A stretch of 64,000 bases of DNA from positions 64,001-128,000 of IMG/VR virus record IMGVR_UViG_3300036773_000146. The stretch is one strand, 5' to 3'. The notes under the pieces were generated by a model. That model saw only the letters and a program-made list of their open reading frames with translations. It made no database searches and was not told where the DNA came from. The position numbers and the translations under genes were made by a program. The stretch's first letter is position 1. Each line of letters starts with the position of its first letter. This DNA comes from a virus. Shown piece by piece: positions 46,678 to 55,610 of this stretch.

Positions 46678-47984
46678 GCGTTTACTCCCGCGAGCGTCGA
46701 GGCCGTGTTCAGCGAGCTGCGGCCGGGTGCATAGGAGATCGAGGTCATCACGCCGTCGGTGACCAGCTCGGCGGCGGTGGCCTGGGCCACGGTCATCACG
46801 CCGTCCTTGGCCTGGTAGGACCGGTCGGTGCCGTCGGAGTAGGTGATCAGCTCGTCGTTGCCGGGCGTTACGTTGCCCATGTCGTCCAGCACCAGGCTCG
46901 TCACCGTGGTTACGTCGCCGTTGAGCGTCCACTCCTGGCCCTGGAAGCCCGAGAACACCGGGCGAGCCTGCGGGTAAACGGCCTGCTGGGCTGAGCCGGT
47001 CAGGCTGTTCGCGTAGGGGTTGAAGTTCAGGTTGGCGCTCGGCGTGACCTCGGAGACGATCTCCCAGCACTCCGAGCTGGCCGATACGGTCCGGATGGCC
47101 AGCGGCAGGCTCACCGTCAGGCCCTTGGGCGAGACGGTGAACTGGGTCCCGGCGGGCTTGAAGACGTTCAGCACCCGTACCACCTGGTACTGCTCGTCGG
47201 TGGAAAGCGCCCGCTTCGGGTAGATCACCCACTCGGACCGGTTGCGGGTGTTCGTCCGGCCGGAGAACAGCTGGCCCGCGCCGGACCAGTCGCCGTAGGT
47301 CTTCTGCGCCATGGCGCCGTAGGTCTTGACGTTGTCGCGCAGGAATCCCCAGGTGTAGGTGAGGATCCCGGAGCTGAAGCGCCCGGCGTTCTGCTCGTCG
47401 ATCCAGTTCCAGGACTCGTAGATCTCGACCTCGGTACCGATCAGCGCCTCGGCCATCAGTTTGAGCCCGGCGTAGCTGGCGCCGTACGGGATCGAGCGGG
47501 TGAACTTGATCAGCCGGTCGCGGTAACTGGCGTCGCGCGAGTGCAGGTCGTCCCACTCGGCCGGGGTCGCCGGATCGGTGTAGGGGTTGAACGCGAAGTC
47601 CGGCTGCAACTCGGCCTGGGTCCGCTGGATGCCGAAGAGGGCGCCATAGAAGCGGTCCAGGTCCAGGAAGTGCATGCCGGAGAAGGCGTTTTGCAGCCGC
47701 GCCACGGCCGTCTGCTTGCGCAGGCCGCCGACGCCGCTGGCGCCGAGCAGGACCTTGAGCAGCTTCATCAGGTTCGAGCTGTCGCGCAGATCGTAGAGCG
47801 TCGGGTCGAGGTGGCTCAGGCGGCTGCTGGTGAGCCGGTCCGGCACGATCGGGTCGGACACCTGGAAGACGCCCTGGGAGACGTCCGGCTGGCCGGGGGT
47901 CAGCTGCTGGGAGAGCAGGCTCTTCGTGGCGTCGCTATCGAAGCTCTGGAAGAAGCTGGGGTTGTCGATCCAGGTCCCGGCCAT
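46674..47984 (-). CDS. baseplate wedge protein (gpI-like)
   Basis: LDRFYG.LFGI.R, D.SYRDR, FKPAGT; follows baseplate J. Confidence 0.7.
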   Translation of the reverse strand: MAGTWIDNPSFFQSFDSDATKSLLSQQLTPGQPDVSQGVFQVSDPIVPDRLTSSRLSHLDPTLYDLRDSSNLMKLLKVLLGASGVGGLRKQTAVARLQNAFSGMHFLDLDRFYGALFGIQRTQAELQPDFAFNPYTDPATPAEWDDLHSRDASYRDRLIKFTRSIPYGASYAGLKLMAEALIGTEVEIYESWNWIDEQNAGRFSSGILTYTWGFLRDNVKTYGAMAQKTYGDWSGAGQLFSGRTNTRNRSEWVIYPKRALSTDEQYQVVRVLNVFKPAGTQFTVSPKGLTVSLPLAIRTVSASSECWEIVSEVTPSANLNFNPYANSLTGSAQQAVYPQARPVFSGFQGQEWTLNGDVTTVTSLVLDDMGNVTPGNDELITYSDGTDRSYQAKDGVMTVAQATAAELVTDGVMTSISYAPGRSSLNTASTLAGVNA

Positions 47985-49816
47985 CACGCCCCCGTCCGGA
48001 AGCTGTTCTTCGCGCGCTGGGAGATCTGCACGTCGAAGAAGACCGGGTACTGGTTGTCGGCGAAGGTCGCGTCGATGACCCGGCCGCCGCTCGCGTACAG
48101 GCTGATCTGGGTCGGCGTGGTCGCCCAGGCGCTCATCAGGGCCATGGCGTAGTTCGTGGCGTTGTCGCCGGAGGTCTGGAATCTGACGTTGTCCACGCCC
48201 GGCACGTTGTGCACGGCCTGGATCACGTCGGAGACCTGGAGCTGGTTGTTGAAGCCGACCCCGGCGCACAGGGTGGCCAGGGCCGTGGAGATGTTGGTGT
48301 TCACCGAGGACGGGTCGTACTGGCGGTCGTAGACGATCGCGAGGTAGAACCGGATCGGCATCGGGATGCCGCAGTGCACGCGCGCGTCGGTGCCGACCAG
48401 GCGCCACTGATCGACGTTCTCCTGGGCGTTGCGGGCCACGGTGTTGTAGTTGTAGGTGATCGAGAAGGCCGCGCCGTTGGCCGGAACCCGGGTGGTCTGC
48501 CAGAGGATGCCCTGGAGCGAGCGCGGCGACCGGCCGAAGGCGTCGTTGCGCCAGACCGCCCAGTAGTCGGTGCCCTGGGTGTAGGTCGTGCCGCCGATGA
48601 TCAGCGTGGTGGGCAGCGTCAGGATCGGCCCGAAGGCGAGTGGGATGAAGAAGTAGCCGATCGGCGGCGTCGGGCTGCTGGGGTTGCTCGTAGCGAACTG
48701 GCTGGCCTGGTACGGGCTGTTCAGGGTGGTGTTGAAGACCCGGCTGTTGGAGAAGACCACCGACTGGACGGCGGTCGTGCCGATCTGGCCGTTGATCCAG
48801 ATGTCGACCCTGTTGTTGATGCCGCCCAGGGCGAAGCGGGTGTTGCCCGGGTCGTTGCGGCTGGCCTGCGGCACGTATTCGATGTCGAGGTCGTAGAGGC
48901 CGTCGGGCATGTTCGCCGAGGTCGAGGTGATCACGGCCGTGGAGTTGGCGCCGGTGGTCGAGTTGGTGGGCGTGAAGGTGAAGTCCGTGCCCTGCGTGAG
49001 CATCGAGCCCGCGTCGATGTCGCGGCCGCAGTACATGTTGTCGGAGAAGATATAGGCGGCGTTCTGCACGGTGCTCGTCGCCGAGCCGGAGACGATCTGG
49101 ATCTGCTCGCGGTAACGCTTGGACGAGCCGAGCACGTTGACCTGGCTGACTGCGTTCACACCCGGCGTCGTCGGGTCCTGCGGCGTGGCCAGGGCGATGG
49201 CCTGGTACATGCTCTGGGTGCCCGCCAGCGAGCGGAAGACGGTCGCCTTGAACCGGGTGCGCAGGTCGGCGTCCGACTCCTGGTTCGAGCCGCCGGTCAT
49301 CGGTGCCGCGTTGATCACGCTGGTGACCCCGGAGAGGCCGGTGCCCATCGTGATCAGCAGACCGGCGGCCACGTTGCCCGACGCACCTGCTGCGACGGCC
49401 TGCACGGGGATGTCGCCGGTGAGCTGGCCGGGGTTGAGCACGGTCGAGACGGTGGTCTGCACGATCACCGGCGGGTTGGTCAGGGCGATCACCTGCGTGC
49501 CGGGCGGGATGACCAGGGCCGAGCCGGAGCTGAAGGCGTCCGAGGGCCGGGTGAAGGTCACCACGCCCTGCGCGCGGGAGGCGGGCAGGCGGGTGATGCC
49601 GAACAGCGAGCAGAAGTCGTCAAGATCGCCGCCGACCTTCGAATCGATGTCGTACTGGTAGTTGATCAGGTGCGAGTCCGAGTACGACTCGGCGATCGCC
49701 TCCGATACGGCGTCGAGGATCTTGCGCGTGGGCGTGCCGGGACTGGTGTCGAGGTCGGGGATGGACGCGTTGAGCGCGGCGACCATTTTCGCGGCGATGT
49801 CACCTGTTGACGTCAT
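47984..49816 (-). CDS. baseplate J / gp47-like wedge
   Basis: LDDF..LFGITR..A..A.G.VTF, IPPGT, V.AV.AG..GNV.AG, GG.NQESDADLR.R, VPGVDNV. Confidence 0.92.
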   Translation of the reverse strand: MTSTGDIAAKMVAALNASIPDLDTSPGTPTRKILDAVSEAIAESYSDSHLINYQYDIDSKVGGDLDDFCSLFGITRLPASRAQGVVTFTRPSDAFSSGSALVIPPGTQVIALTNPPVIVQTTVSTVLNPGQLTGDIPVQAVAAGASGNVAAGLLITMGTGLSGVTSVINAAPMTGGSNQESDADLRTRFKATVFRSLAGTQSMYQAIALATPQDPTTPGVNAVSQVNVLGSSKRYREQIQIVSGSATSTVQNAAYIFSDNMYCGRDIDAGSMLTQGTDFTFTPTNSTTGANSTAVITSTSANMPDGLYDLDIEYVPQASRNDPGNTRFALGGINNRVDIWINGQIGTTAVQSVVFSNSRVFNTTLNSPYQASQFATSNPSSPTPPIGYFFIPLAFGPILTLPTTLIIGGTTYTQGTDYWAVWRNDAFGRSPRSLQGILWQTTRVPANGAAFSITYNYNTVARNAQENVDQWRLVGTDARVHCGIPMPIRFYLAIVYDRQYDPSSVNTNISTALATLCAGVGFNNQLQVSDVIQAVHNVPGVDNVRFQTSGDNATNYAMALMSAWATTPTQISLYASGGRVIDATFADNQYPVFFDVQISQRAKNSFRTGA

Positions 49817-50244
49817 GCGGACACCTGCTGTGAGATAGTCACGGTTTGTCGGGCGAGGGTGGTCAGCGTGGCGGACAGGTAGATGGCGTCGAGTACCTGG
49901 GTCACGGTGACCTTGCCAACCGCCTGCACCACGTCGGAGGTGTCGTACCGGCCCTGGATGTCCACGGTGGTGTCCCTGATGACGTCGCTCTGCTGGATGA
50001 TCAAGTAGTTCTGCAACACCCGGTTGACCTCGGCACGCACCAGCTGCTGCATCTCGGGGGAGAGCAGCTGGCCGAGGTACTGCGTCAGCACGGAGCCCCA
50101 GGTCGGATGGAAGCGGTCAGTGCCGTACTCCTCACCCAGGGCCAGGGTCAGATCCTGCTTGATCCGGGGCGCGCCGGAGTACATCAGCATGCCGCCGTCG
50201 GTGCCGATGGCGATGTCCCCGTTGATGAGGGCTATCTGGCGCAC
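49813..50244 (-). CDS. gp25/GPW-like baseplate wedge (sheath initiator)
   Basis: IKQDL..AL....G...FHP.WGS.L. Confidence 0.8.
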   Translation of the reverse strand: MRQIALINGDIAIGTDGGMLMYSGAPRIKQDLTLALGEEYGTDRFHPTWGSVLTQYLGQLLSPEMQQLVRAEVNRVLQNYLIIQQSDVIRDTTVDIQGRYDTSDVVQAVGKVTVTQVLDAIYLSATLTTLARQTVTISQQVSA

Positions 50245-50267
50245 GTCTCCACCTCCTCGTCCTGCTC

Positions 50268-50298
50268 ATTGGGGCTCCGCGCTGCCTGCTGGAACAGG
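50268..50298 (-). promoter_or_regulatory. putative phage late promoter
   Basis: CCTGTT-N18-CCCCAAT. Confidence 0.6.
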
Positions 50299-50601
50299 TC
50301 AGGCGGGTGGCGCGTCGGTCGTGATGCCCCACTTGAACAGGACGTCCGTCGGGTACTCCTCCGGGTCGTACTGTTGCAGGAAGTCCTCGTTGCTGAGCAC
50401 GGTCAGGCCCCCGCCCCTGAGCCAGCTGCCGAGGGGCGCATGCGCGGTATAGCCGCTGTAGTCCATGTCCAGCGAGCTGTCCTCGGAGTTTTCGACAACG
50501 AGGCCTCCATTTGTATTAACGTAGGTCTCCACTTCGGCGAAGTTATCACCGGTCCAATGGATCATTTCTTCAGGAACGGGACGGCTGAAAAAGAGGGGCA
50601 T
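50299..50601 (-). CDS. small acidic low-GC protein
   Basis: 100 aa, RBS AAGGA, atypical codons. Confidence 0.6.
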   Translation of the reverse strand: MPLFFSRPVPEEMIHWTGDNFAEVETYVNTNGGLVVENSEDSSLDMDYSGYTAHAPLGSWLRGGGLTVLSNEDFLQQYDPEEYPTDVLFKWGITTDAPPA

Positions 50602-50616
50602 CTCGCTTTATCCTTT

Positions 50617-51417
50617 CTAGGGAACCGGCTTGAGTTCTGCATAAATCTTATTCAGCGGTCCACCATTGATCTGATATCCATTCGTACCACCGAACCTGCT
50701 GAGCGTGAGATGTACGGTACGAGACCCCGTCAGGGTGGCTAAAGTCGTCCCGCTGATCATGTAGGTAATGAACGCGGCGGAGTCTCGCAAAGAGCCACTG
50801 TTAATCAGGGCCGGGATCGAGTTCGGCGGGATCAGGTTGGCTCCCGTGTTCGAGCCATCGCGAGGAACGATGTCGAGGCCGATCTGGTTGTTGATCGACA
50901 GGCAGATGGATCCGGAGAACGCGATCTGGTAGGGCCACCCCGGATCGGGGATCGAGATGGTCACAGCCGTGAACGGCGAGGTCGACTGGGCGCCGGTCGC
51001 CGGGATTGAGGGGCTGGCCACGCGCAGGGGCGTCACACCGTGCCAGGAGCTGCCGTTGTAGACGTCCGTGAGGCCCGAGTCCAGGCGGATGACCATCTGG
51101 CCCGCCACCACGTCGGTCAGGGCGTCCCGGGCCGCCTGGGAAGCCACGGCGAGCACTGCGGGCCGAGGAGTCGGTGGCACGGGGGTCGTGGACGGCGAGA
51201 TGAGCAGTCCGAAGGACCAGACGTTGCCGAACTCTTTCGTGATCATCCAGACCTCGCCGGGCTGCGGCAGGTCGGTGCCCTTGGCACGCATCCAGTCCCG
51301 ACGCACCTGGAGCTGGCGGCCGAGCTGATCCTGGACGGCCGCCAGGTTGCCGTCGACCGACAGCACCTTGGCCTGGAGCGAGGACAGGCCGGTGGACGGT
51401 TGGTAGGGCGCGGTCAC
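50617..51417 (-). CDS. baseplate spike / minor tail protein with variable C-terminus
   Basis: OB-like N-terminus with P.PGEVW; G.MVIRLDSG...YNGS.W; low-GC 3' end. Confidence 0.6.
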   Translation of the reverse strand: MTAPYQPSTGLSSLQAKVLSVDGNLAAVQDQLGRQLQVRRDWMRAKGTDLPQPGEVWMITKEFGNVWSFGLLISPSTTPVPPTPRPAVLAVASQAARDALTDVVAGQMVIRLDSGLTDVYNGSSWHGVTPLRVASPSIPATGAQSTSPFTAVTISIPDPGWPYQIAFSGSICLSINNQIGLDIVPRDGSNTGANLIPPNSIPALINSGSLRDSAAFITYMISGTTLATLTGSRTVHLTLSRFGGTNGYQINGGPLNKIYAELKPVP

Positions 51418-51418
51418 A

Positions 51419-54070
51419 TCAGCCTCCCGGGATGGACGAGTTCACGGTGGATGAGCCGGACTTCGACGTGCTGTCCAGCCGGGTGACGTTGTATTTCTTC
51501 CCGCCGAGGGGCAGCAGGCCGAATACGTCGTTGTCCTGCTGGGTGATGCGGCTGGGCGCGACCACCGACACCGAAGTTCGGAAGAAGCCGTCCTTGCCCA
51601 TCTGGAACGAGTGCTCGACCTGAGTGATGTAGGCCTGGAAGTTGAATTCCGGCAGCCGCACGATCATGCCGGGCCACGCCTCGGGCATCCAGGTCATCGG
51701 AATGGATGCCGAGAACTGGTTGGCCCACTTGCGCATGAACAGGAACAGGGCCATGAAGAACTCCGGCATGCCCTGCTTCACCGTGGGGATGGTAACCATG
51801 TTCGGCCGGGCACCGAACCGGCCGAGGAAGCTGTCCAGGAACTCCTGGGTGGCGTCCTGGCCGAAAATGGCCCGGAAGATCTGCGGGAACTCCATGGTGG
51901 CGATGCCGCTGGTGGTCAGCTGCCAGGCCAGTCCGCTGGCGCCGTCGTCGCCGAGCGGGGAGGTCGCGCCGGACTGGTCGATGGCCACTGTCAGGGGCGT
52001 GCCGACCACGTACTGGTGGGTAACTGTCTGGAGGTCCGACCAGGTGACGGTGAAGTCCATCAGCTCGATCGGGTGCACGTCGAGCTTGGCCGTGATGCCC
52101 CACAGGTCGAAGTAGTCGGGGAACCAGGCCATGAAGTCGCCGTTGGGTGCGCTGCACCAGGACCGCATGGACGCGCCCATCAGATTGGCGATGAACGGCA
52201 GGATCGGCTGGTCGTTCATCAGGGCCCGGGGCCCGGCCAGCGCGATGGACTGCACGTTGGGGACGTAGCCCCAGGTGTAGATGTTGATCAATGAGTTGAA
52301 CACGTCCTGCGAGCTGACGCCCGTGCCGCTGCCGCCGGTGCCCTGGGCCGCGTCGACCGGGCTGCCGGTGCCGAACTCGTTCGGGTCGGTGACGTTGGCG
52401 CTGTAGCCCAGCTTGCTCTGGATCAGCTGGGCGGCCGCCGGGGTGGTGGCCGCATCCGAGTAGTTGATGCCCGGCAGCAGGCCGCCGCCATCGAAGCTGT
52501 TCCCGGCCGCCGAGACATTCACCTGGTTGGCCAGCGGCACGCCGTCGGTGTGCGCGGCGGCAGTGCTGCCGTTGCCCAGGGAAACCTCGACGTGGCCGGT
52601 GCCGATGAAAAGCATGGCGCCCTTGATCAGCTTGGCCGTGGTCGCGTCGATGGCCACACACTTCTGCCGGATCATGGCAGCCGTCGAGCGGGGGGAGTTC
52701 AGCGGCCGCCCGGCCGCGCGGTAGTAGGCCACGTCCACGAACGAGCTGCAATCGAGCGTGGTCGGGTCCGGGCTGTTGTAGGGATCGTCGCCGCCCTCGC
52801 GGTAGCGGATGTGGCCCGGCGGGTGCGAGACGATCAAGTTGTAGGCCTGCGCGGCCACGTTGCGGCCCGTGGCTCCCTGCGGCTTGCCCACGTTGGTGGC
52901 AGTACCGACGCTCGGTGTGCCACCCGCGCCGCCGACCACGTTGGTGGCTCCGCTCGTCGCGGCGGCCTGGATGGCGGCCACCATGGCCTCGGCCGGAGCT
53001 TCTTGCTGAGCGTATTTGTTCGGGAAGGCGCTGCGCTGCACGGCCTGGCAGGTGAGCCCGAAGTCGCCGGTCTGGTAGTTCGGCACCTTCACCAGTGCGT
53101 CGAAGAACTTCCCCGCCGCGTACTGCGGGTCTTGCAGCTGCGCGGGGGTGCCCCAGCCCTGGCTCGGCCGCTGCTGGAACAGGCCGACCGAGTCCCGGTC
53201 TCCGCTGGGGAGGTTGCGCAGGCCCGCCTCCACGATCGCCGTGGCGATGCCCTGCGCGGCGGCGCGACCGGCGAGAGCACGCCCGGCCGCCACGGAGTAG
53301 ATGATGGCCGCGTTGCTGGCCTGCTCGGCATTGACCTGGTAGCCCGCGTAGGTGCCGGGCGCGAGGTTGCCCACGACCAGCGGGCCGCCGGAAGTGCCGG
53401 TGCCGCCGGACATGCCGCTGCCCATCGAGCCGATCAAGTTCGAGTAGTCCGACGCCTTGATGATCTCGTCACCGACGTCGGTGGCGAACTGGAACCAGTC
53501 GTTCGGAATGGCGCCGATGTGCACCTTGGATGCGGGCCAGCCGACGACCTTGTCCAGGATCGCCAGGGTCAGGTCGCGCATGCCGCCATCGCCGGAGGTC
53601 TGGCCCGCGTTGGTGCTCGGCTGCGCGGCTTCCCCGCTGGGCGTGGTCGGCGTGCCGGAGGTACCGGAGATCTGCGCGCCCATCTGGTTGATCAGGGCGG
53701 CGGAGTCGGCGGCGCCGGAGTCCCAGTACCAGTACTGCAAGCGCTTCATCGTGCACGAGGCCGAGAGGGTCAGCACACGCGGCCAGACCGAGTAGACGGG
53801 CCCCACGTTCATGTACCCGGAGAAGACCCGCATCGGTGCGCCGATGCGCTGCATGGACACGATGATCCGGTCCATCGGCTTGATCTTGCCGTCGTACCGA
53901 CGCTGGGGATTTTGCAAGTTGAACTGGAAGGTGTGCACGCCCTCGGTGCGCAGAATCATGTCGCCGCTGGCGAGGTCCTCGGAGATGTCGATGACCTGCT
54001 GATTCTGGCCATTGGCATCACTGATGGAGATCAGCGCGGTCACCCGGGGCTGGTAGATCAATGTGGACAC
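51419..54070 (-). CDS. baseplate hub with internal lysozyme-like and NlpC/P60 domains
   Basis: VEAGLRNL..GDRDSVGLFQQRPSQGWG...QAVQRSAFP; LDCSSFV...GHVEV; hub C-terminus PEAWPGM...YITQVEH. Confidence 0.82.
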   Translation of the reverse strand: MSTLIYQPRVTALISISDANGQNQQVIDISEDLASGDMILRTEGVHTFQFNLQNPQRRYDGKIKPMDRIIVSMQRIGAPMRVFSGYMNVGPVYSVWPRVLTLSASCTMKRLQYWYWDSGAADSAALINQMGAQISGTSGTPTTPSGEAAQPSTNAGQTSGDGGMRDLTLAILDKVVGWPASKVHIGAIPNDWFQFATDVGDEIIKASDYSNLIGSMGSGMSGGTGTSGGPLVVGNLAPGTYAGYQVNAEQASNAAIIYSVAAGRALAGRAAAQGIATAIVEAGLRNLPSGDRDSVGLFQQRPSQGWGTPAQLQDPQYAAGKFFDALVKVPNYQTGDFGLTCQAVQRSAFPNKYAQQEAPAEAMVAAIQAAATSGATNVVGGAGGTPSVGTATNVGKPQGATGRNVAAQAYNLIVSHPPGHIRYREGGDDPYNSPDPTTLDCSSFVDVAYYRAAGRPLNSPRSTAAMIRQKCVAIDATTAKLIKGAMLFIGTGHVEVSLGNGSTAAAHTDGVPLANQVNVSAAGNSFDGGGLLPGINYSDAATTPAAAQLIQSKLGYSANVTDPNEFGTGSPVDAAQGTGGSGTGVSSQDVFNSLINIYTWGYVPNVQSIALAGPRALMNDQPILPFIANLMGASMRSWCSAPNGDFMAWFPDYFDLWGITAKLDVHPIELMDFTVTWSDLQTVTHQYVVGTPLTVAIDQSGATSPLGDDGASGLAWQLTTSGIATMEFPQIFRAIFGQDATQEFLDSFLGRFGARPNMVTIPTVKQGMPEFFMALFLFMRKWANQFSASIPMTWMPEAWPGMIVRLPEFNFQAYITQVEHSFQMGKDGFFRTSVSVVAPSRITQQDNDVFGLLPLGGKKYNVTRLDSTSKSGSSTVNSSIPGG

Positions 54071-54089
54071 TGCGTGCTCACCTCCTCAC

Positions 54090-54719
54090 TTATTGTGGCT
54101 GATGCAGGTTGGGGTTGTAGGTGGTCACCGGCTGGTTCGGGTTCGGTGCGGGCGCCGGAACGGGCAGGGGTGCCGAGTCGTAGAAGCTGTTCGCCGTGGC
54201 GTTCGGGTCATTGACCGAGGCGCTGACCGGGTAGAAGAACTTCGCCGCGTCGTCGGCCGGGGTCGAGCCCAGGTCCACGGAAGACGTGGTCGGGGTGGAG
54301 GTGTCCAGCGGGTCGGTGACCGACTCGAAGACGATCTGCGGCAGGAACAGGTTCGAGCCGGTCTGGTCCATGTCCATCACTCCGCCGGTCGGCACACCCT
54401 GGCGGAGAAAGTTGCGCGAGGGAACCTGCACGGTCATCGAGACCGAGCCCGCGCCGACCACGGAGTTCATGTAGCCGATCAGCCACTGCACGACCATCTG
54501 GTACTGCGTGTACCCGGCCAGCTCCAGGGTGATCGAAAACGGATCGACGGCGCGCTGGTGCGGGTAGAAGGCCCGGTGCCGACGGCCGGTGGACTCGCTG
54601 GCGATGACCGTGAAGCCGTGCTGGATGCCCCGGCAGCGCAGTTTGAGCGCGTACGGCGTCCCGGCGCGCGCGTAGGACAGCGTGCAGTTGGTGACGCCCG
54701 GCAGGGCCGTGGTGGGCAT
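54090..54719 (-). CDS. tail/baseplate structural protein
   Basis: position in tail operon; ATG 54719. Confidence 0.6.
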   Translation of the reverse strand: MPTTALPGVTNCTLSYARAGTPYALKLRCRGIQHGFTVIASESTGRRHRAFYPHQRAVDPFSITLELAGYTQYQMVVQWLIGYMNSVVGAGSVSMTVQVPSRNFLRQGVPTGGVMDMDQTGSNLFLPQIVFESVTDPLDTSTPTTSSVDLGSTPADDAAKFFYPVSASVNDPNATANSFYDSAPLPVPAPAPNPNQPVTTYNPNLHQPQ

Positions 54720-54720
54720 G

Positions 54721-54921
54721 TCAGTCCCGCTCCGGCACATCGAGCGGCGCGTGGGTGGGGAACAGGAACGTCTCCACGTCGCTCGTGGTGAGGTCGTGCA
54801 CGAGCCCGAAGCGGCCGAAGGCGAAGCCACCTCCGGCGGTGCGCACCGGCTCCTCGGCGGGCGGGATGGGCATCGAGACGGGCACGTCGGTGCCCCATGA
54901 GACATTCGTGCTGCTGGCCAT
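54721..54921 (-). CDS. small tail-associated protein
   Basis: tightly packed; RBS GGAAGG. Confidence 0.55.
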   Translation of the reverse strand: MASSTNVSWGTDVPVSMPIPPAEEPVRTAGGGFAFGRFGLVHDLTTSDVETFLFPTHAPLDVPERD

Positions 54922-54923
54922 GA

Positions 54924-55610
54924 TCAACCACCTTCCACGTTGCCGGACGCTGCGGTTGTGAACTGGGCCAGTACGTAGCTGTGGATGTCCGAGAAACCCT
55001 TGGAACTCAAGTACTTTTGCAGGTCGTCGATGGTCATGTCGCCGTTGTAGGTGGTCCGCTTCCAGCCCAGACCGGTGGACAGCCGGTCGATGAAGGAGTT
55101 CTGGGCGACGGTTTGCAGCTTGCCGGTGTTCTCCTGGACCACGAACAGCGTCAGCGTGTAGCCGTAGGAGTACTTGCCGGTGGTGTGTTCCATGGTCGCG
55201 GAGGCGGTCACGTCGCGCAGGGACTTGATGTAGACGTTGAAGTCCCAGTTGTGCACCGGGAGCCCGCGCCGGGTCGGGCTGGCGGAATCCTGGTAGGTGA
55301 AGCGGAATGTGGGGTGCATCGGGGTCGGGTCGCTGCCGTTGAGCTGGGCCATGGTCGGGCGCGCCGACTGCACGTCGATCATCCGGCCGATCGAGGTGGC
55401 GAAGTCCTCGGCCAGCTGCCAGGACTCCTTCTTGTTCGCCCGGTCCTGGCCGAACAGGCCCCGGATGGTCAGGTCGCCCCACGTCATGCCGTGCACCTGC
55501 ACGACCCGGCCGCCGACGGTGGGCGTGGTCGCGACGTTCATCGAGTAGTCGATGGCGACCTGGGACGGGTCGATGCGGAAGGTCAGGCCGCCCAGGTTGG
55601 CGCTGCCCAT
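54924..55610 (-). CDS. tail tube initiator-like baseplate protein
   Basis: FRIDPS...T.GGRVVQ....L.I.G.FG; follows tape measure. Confidence 0.6.
   Translation of the reverse strand: MGSANLGGLTFRIDPSQVAIDYSMNVATTPTVGGRVVQVHGMTWGDLTIRGLFGQDRANKKESWQLAEDFATSIGRMIDVQSARPTMAQLNGSDPTPMHPTFRFTYQDSASPTRRGLPVHNWDFNVYIKSLRDVTASATMEHTTGKYSYGYTLTLFVVQENTGKLQTVAQNSFIDRLSTGLGWKRTTYNGDMTIDDLQKYLSSKGFSDIHSYVLAQFTTAASGNVEGG

Noticed and set aside
46678-47556. N-terminal extensions of track ORFs (e.g. 2062 aa at 41368..47556; also 7158..8525, 14726..16627, 33963..35048)
   Set aside because: They overlap upstream genes out of frame with Arg/Pro-rich junk; starts were reassigned to RBS-supported or coupled codons
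54091-54121. Fifth late-promoter copy upstream of the hub gene
   Set aside because: CCACAAT is present but the upstream box is poor (CCTACA) and spaced 17 nt
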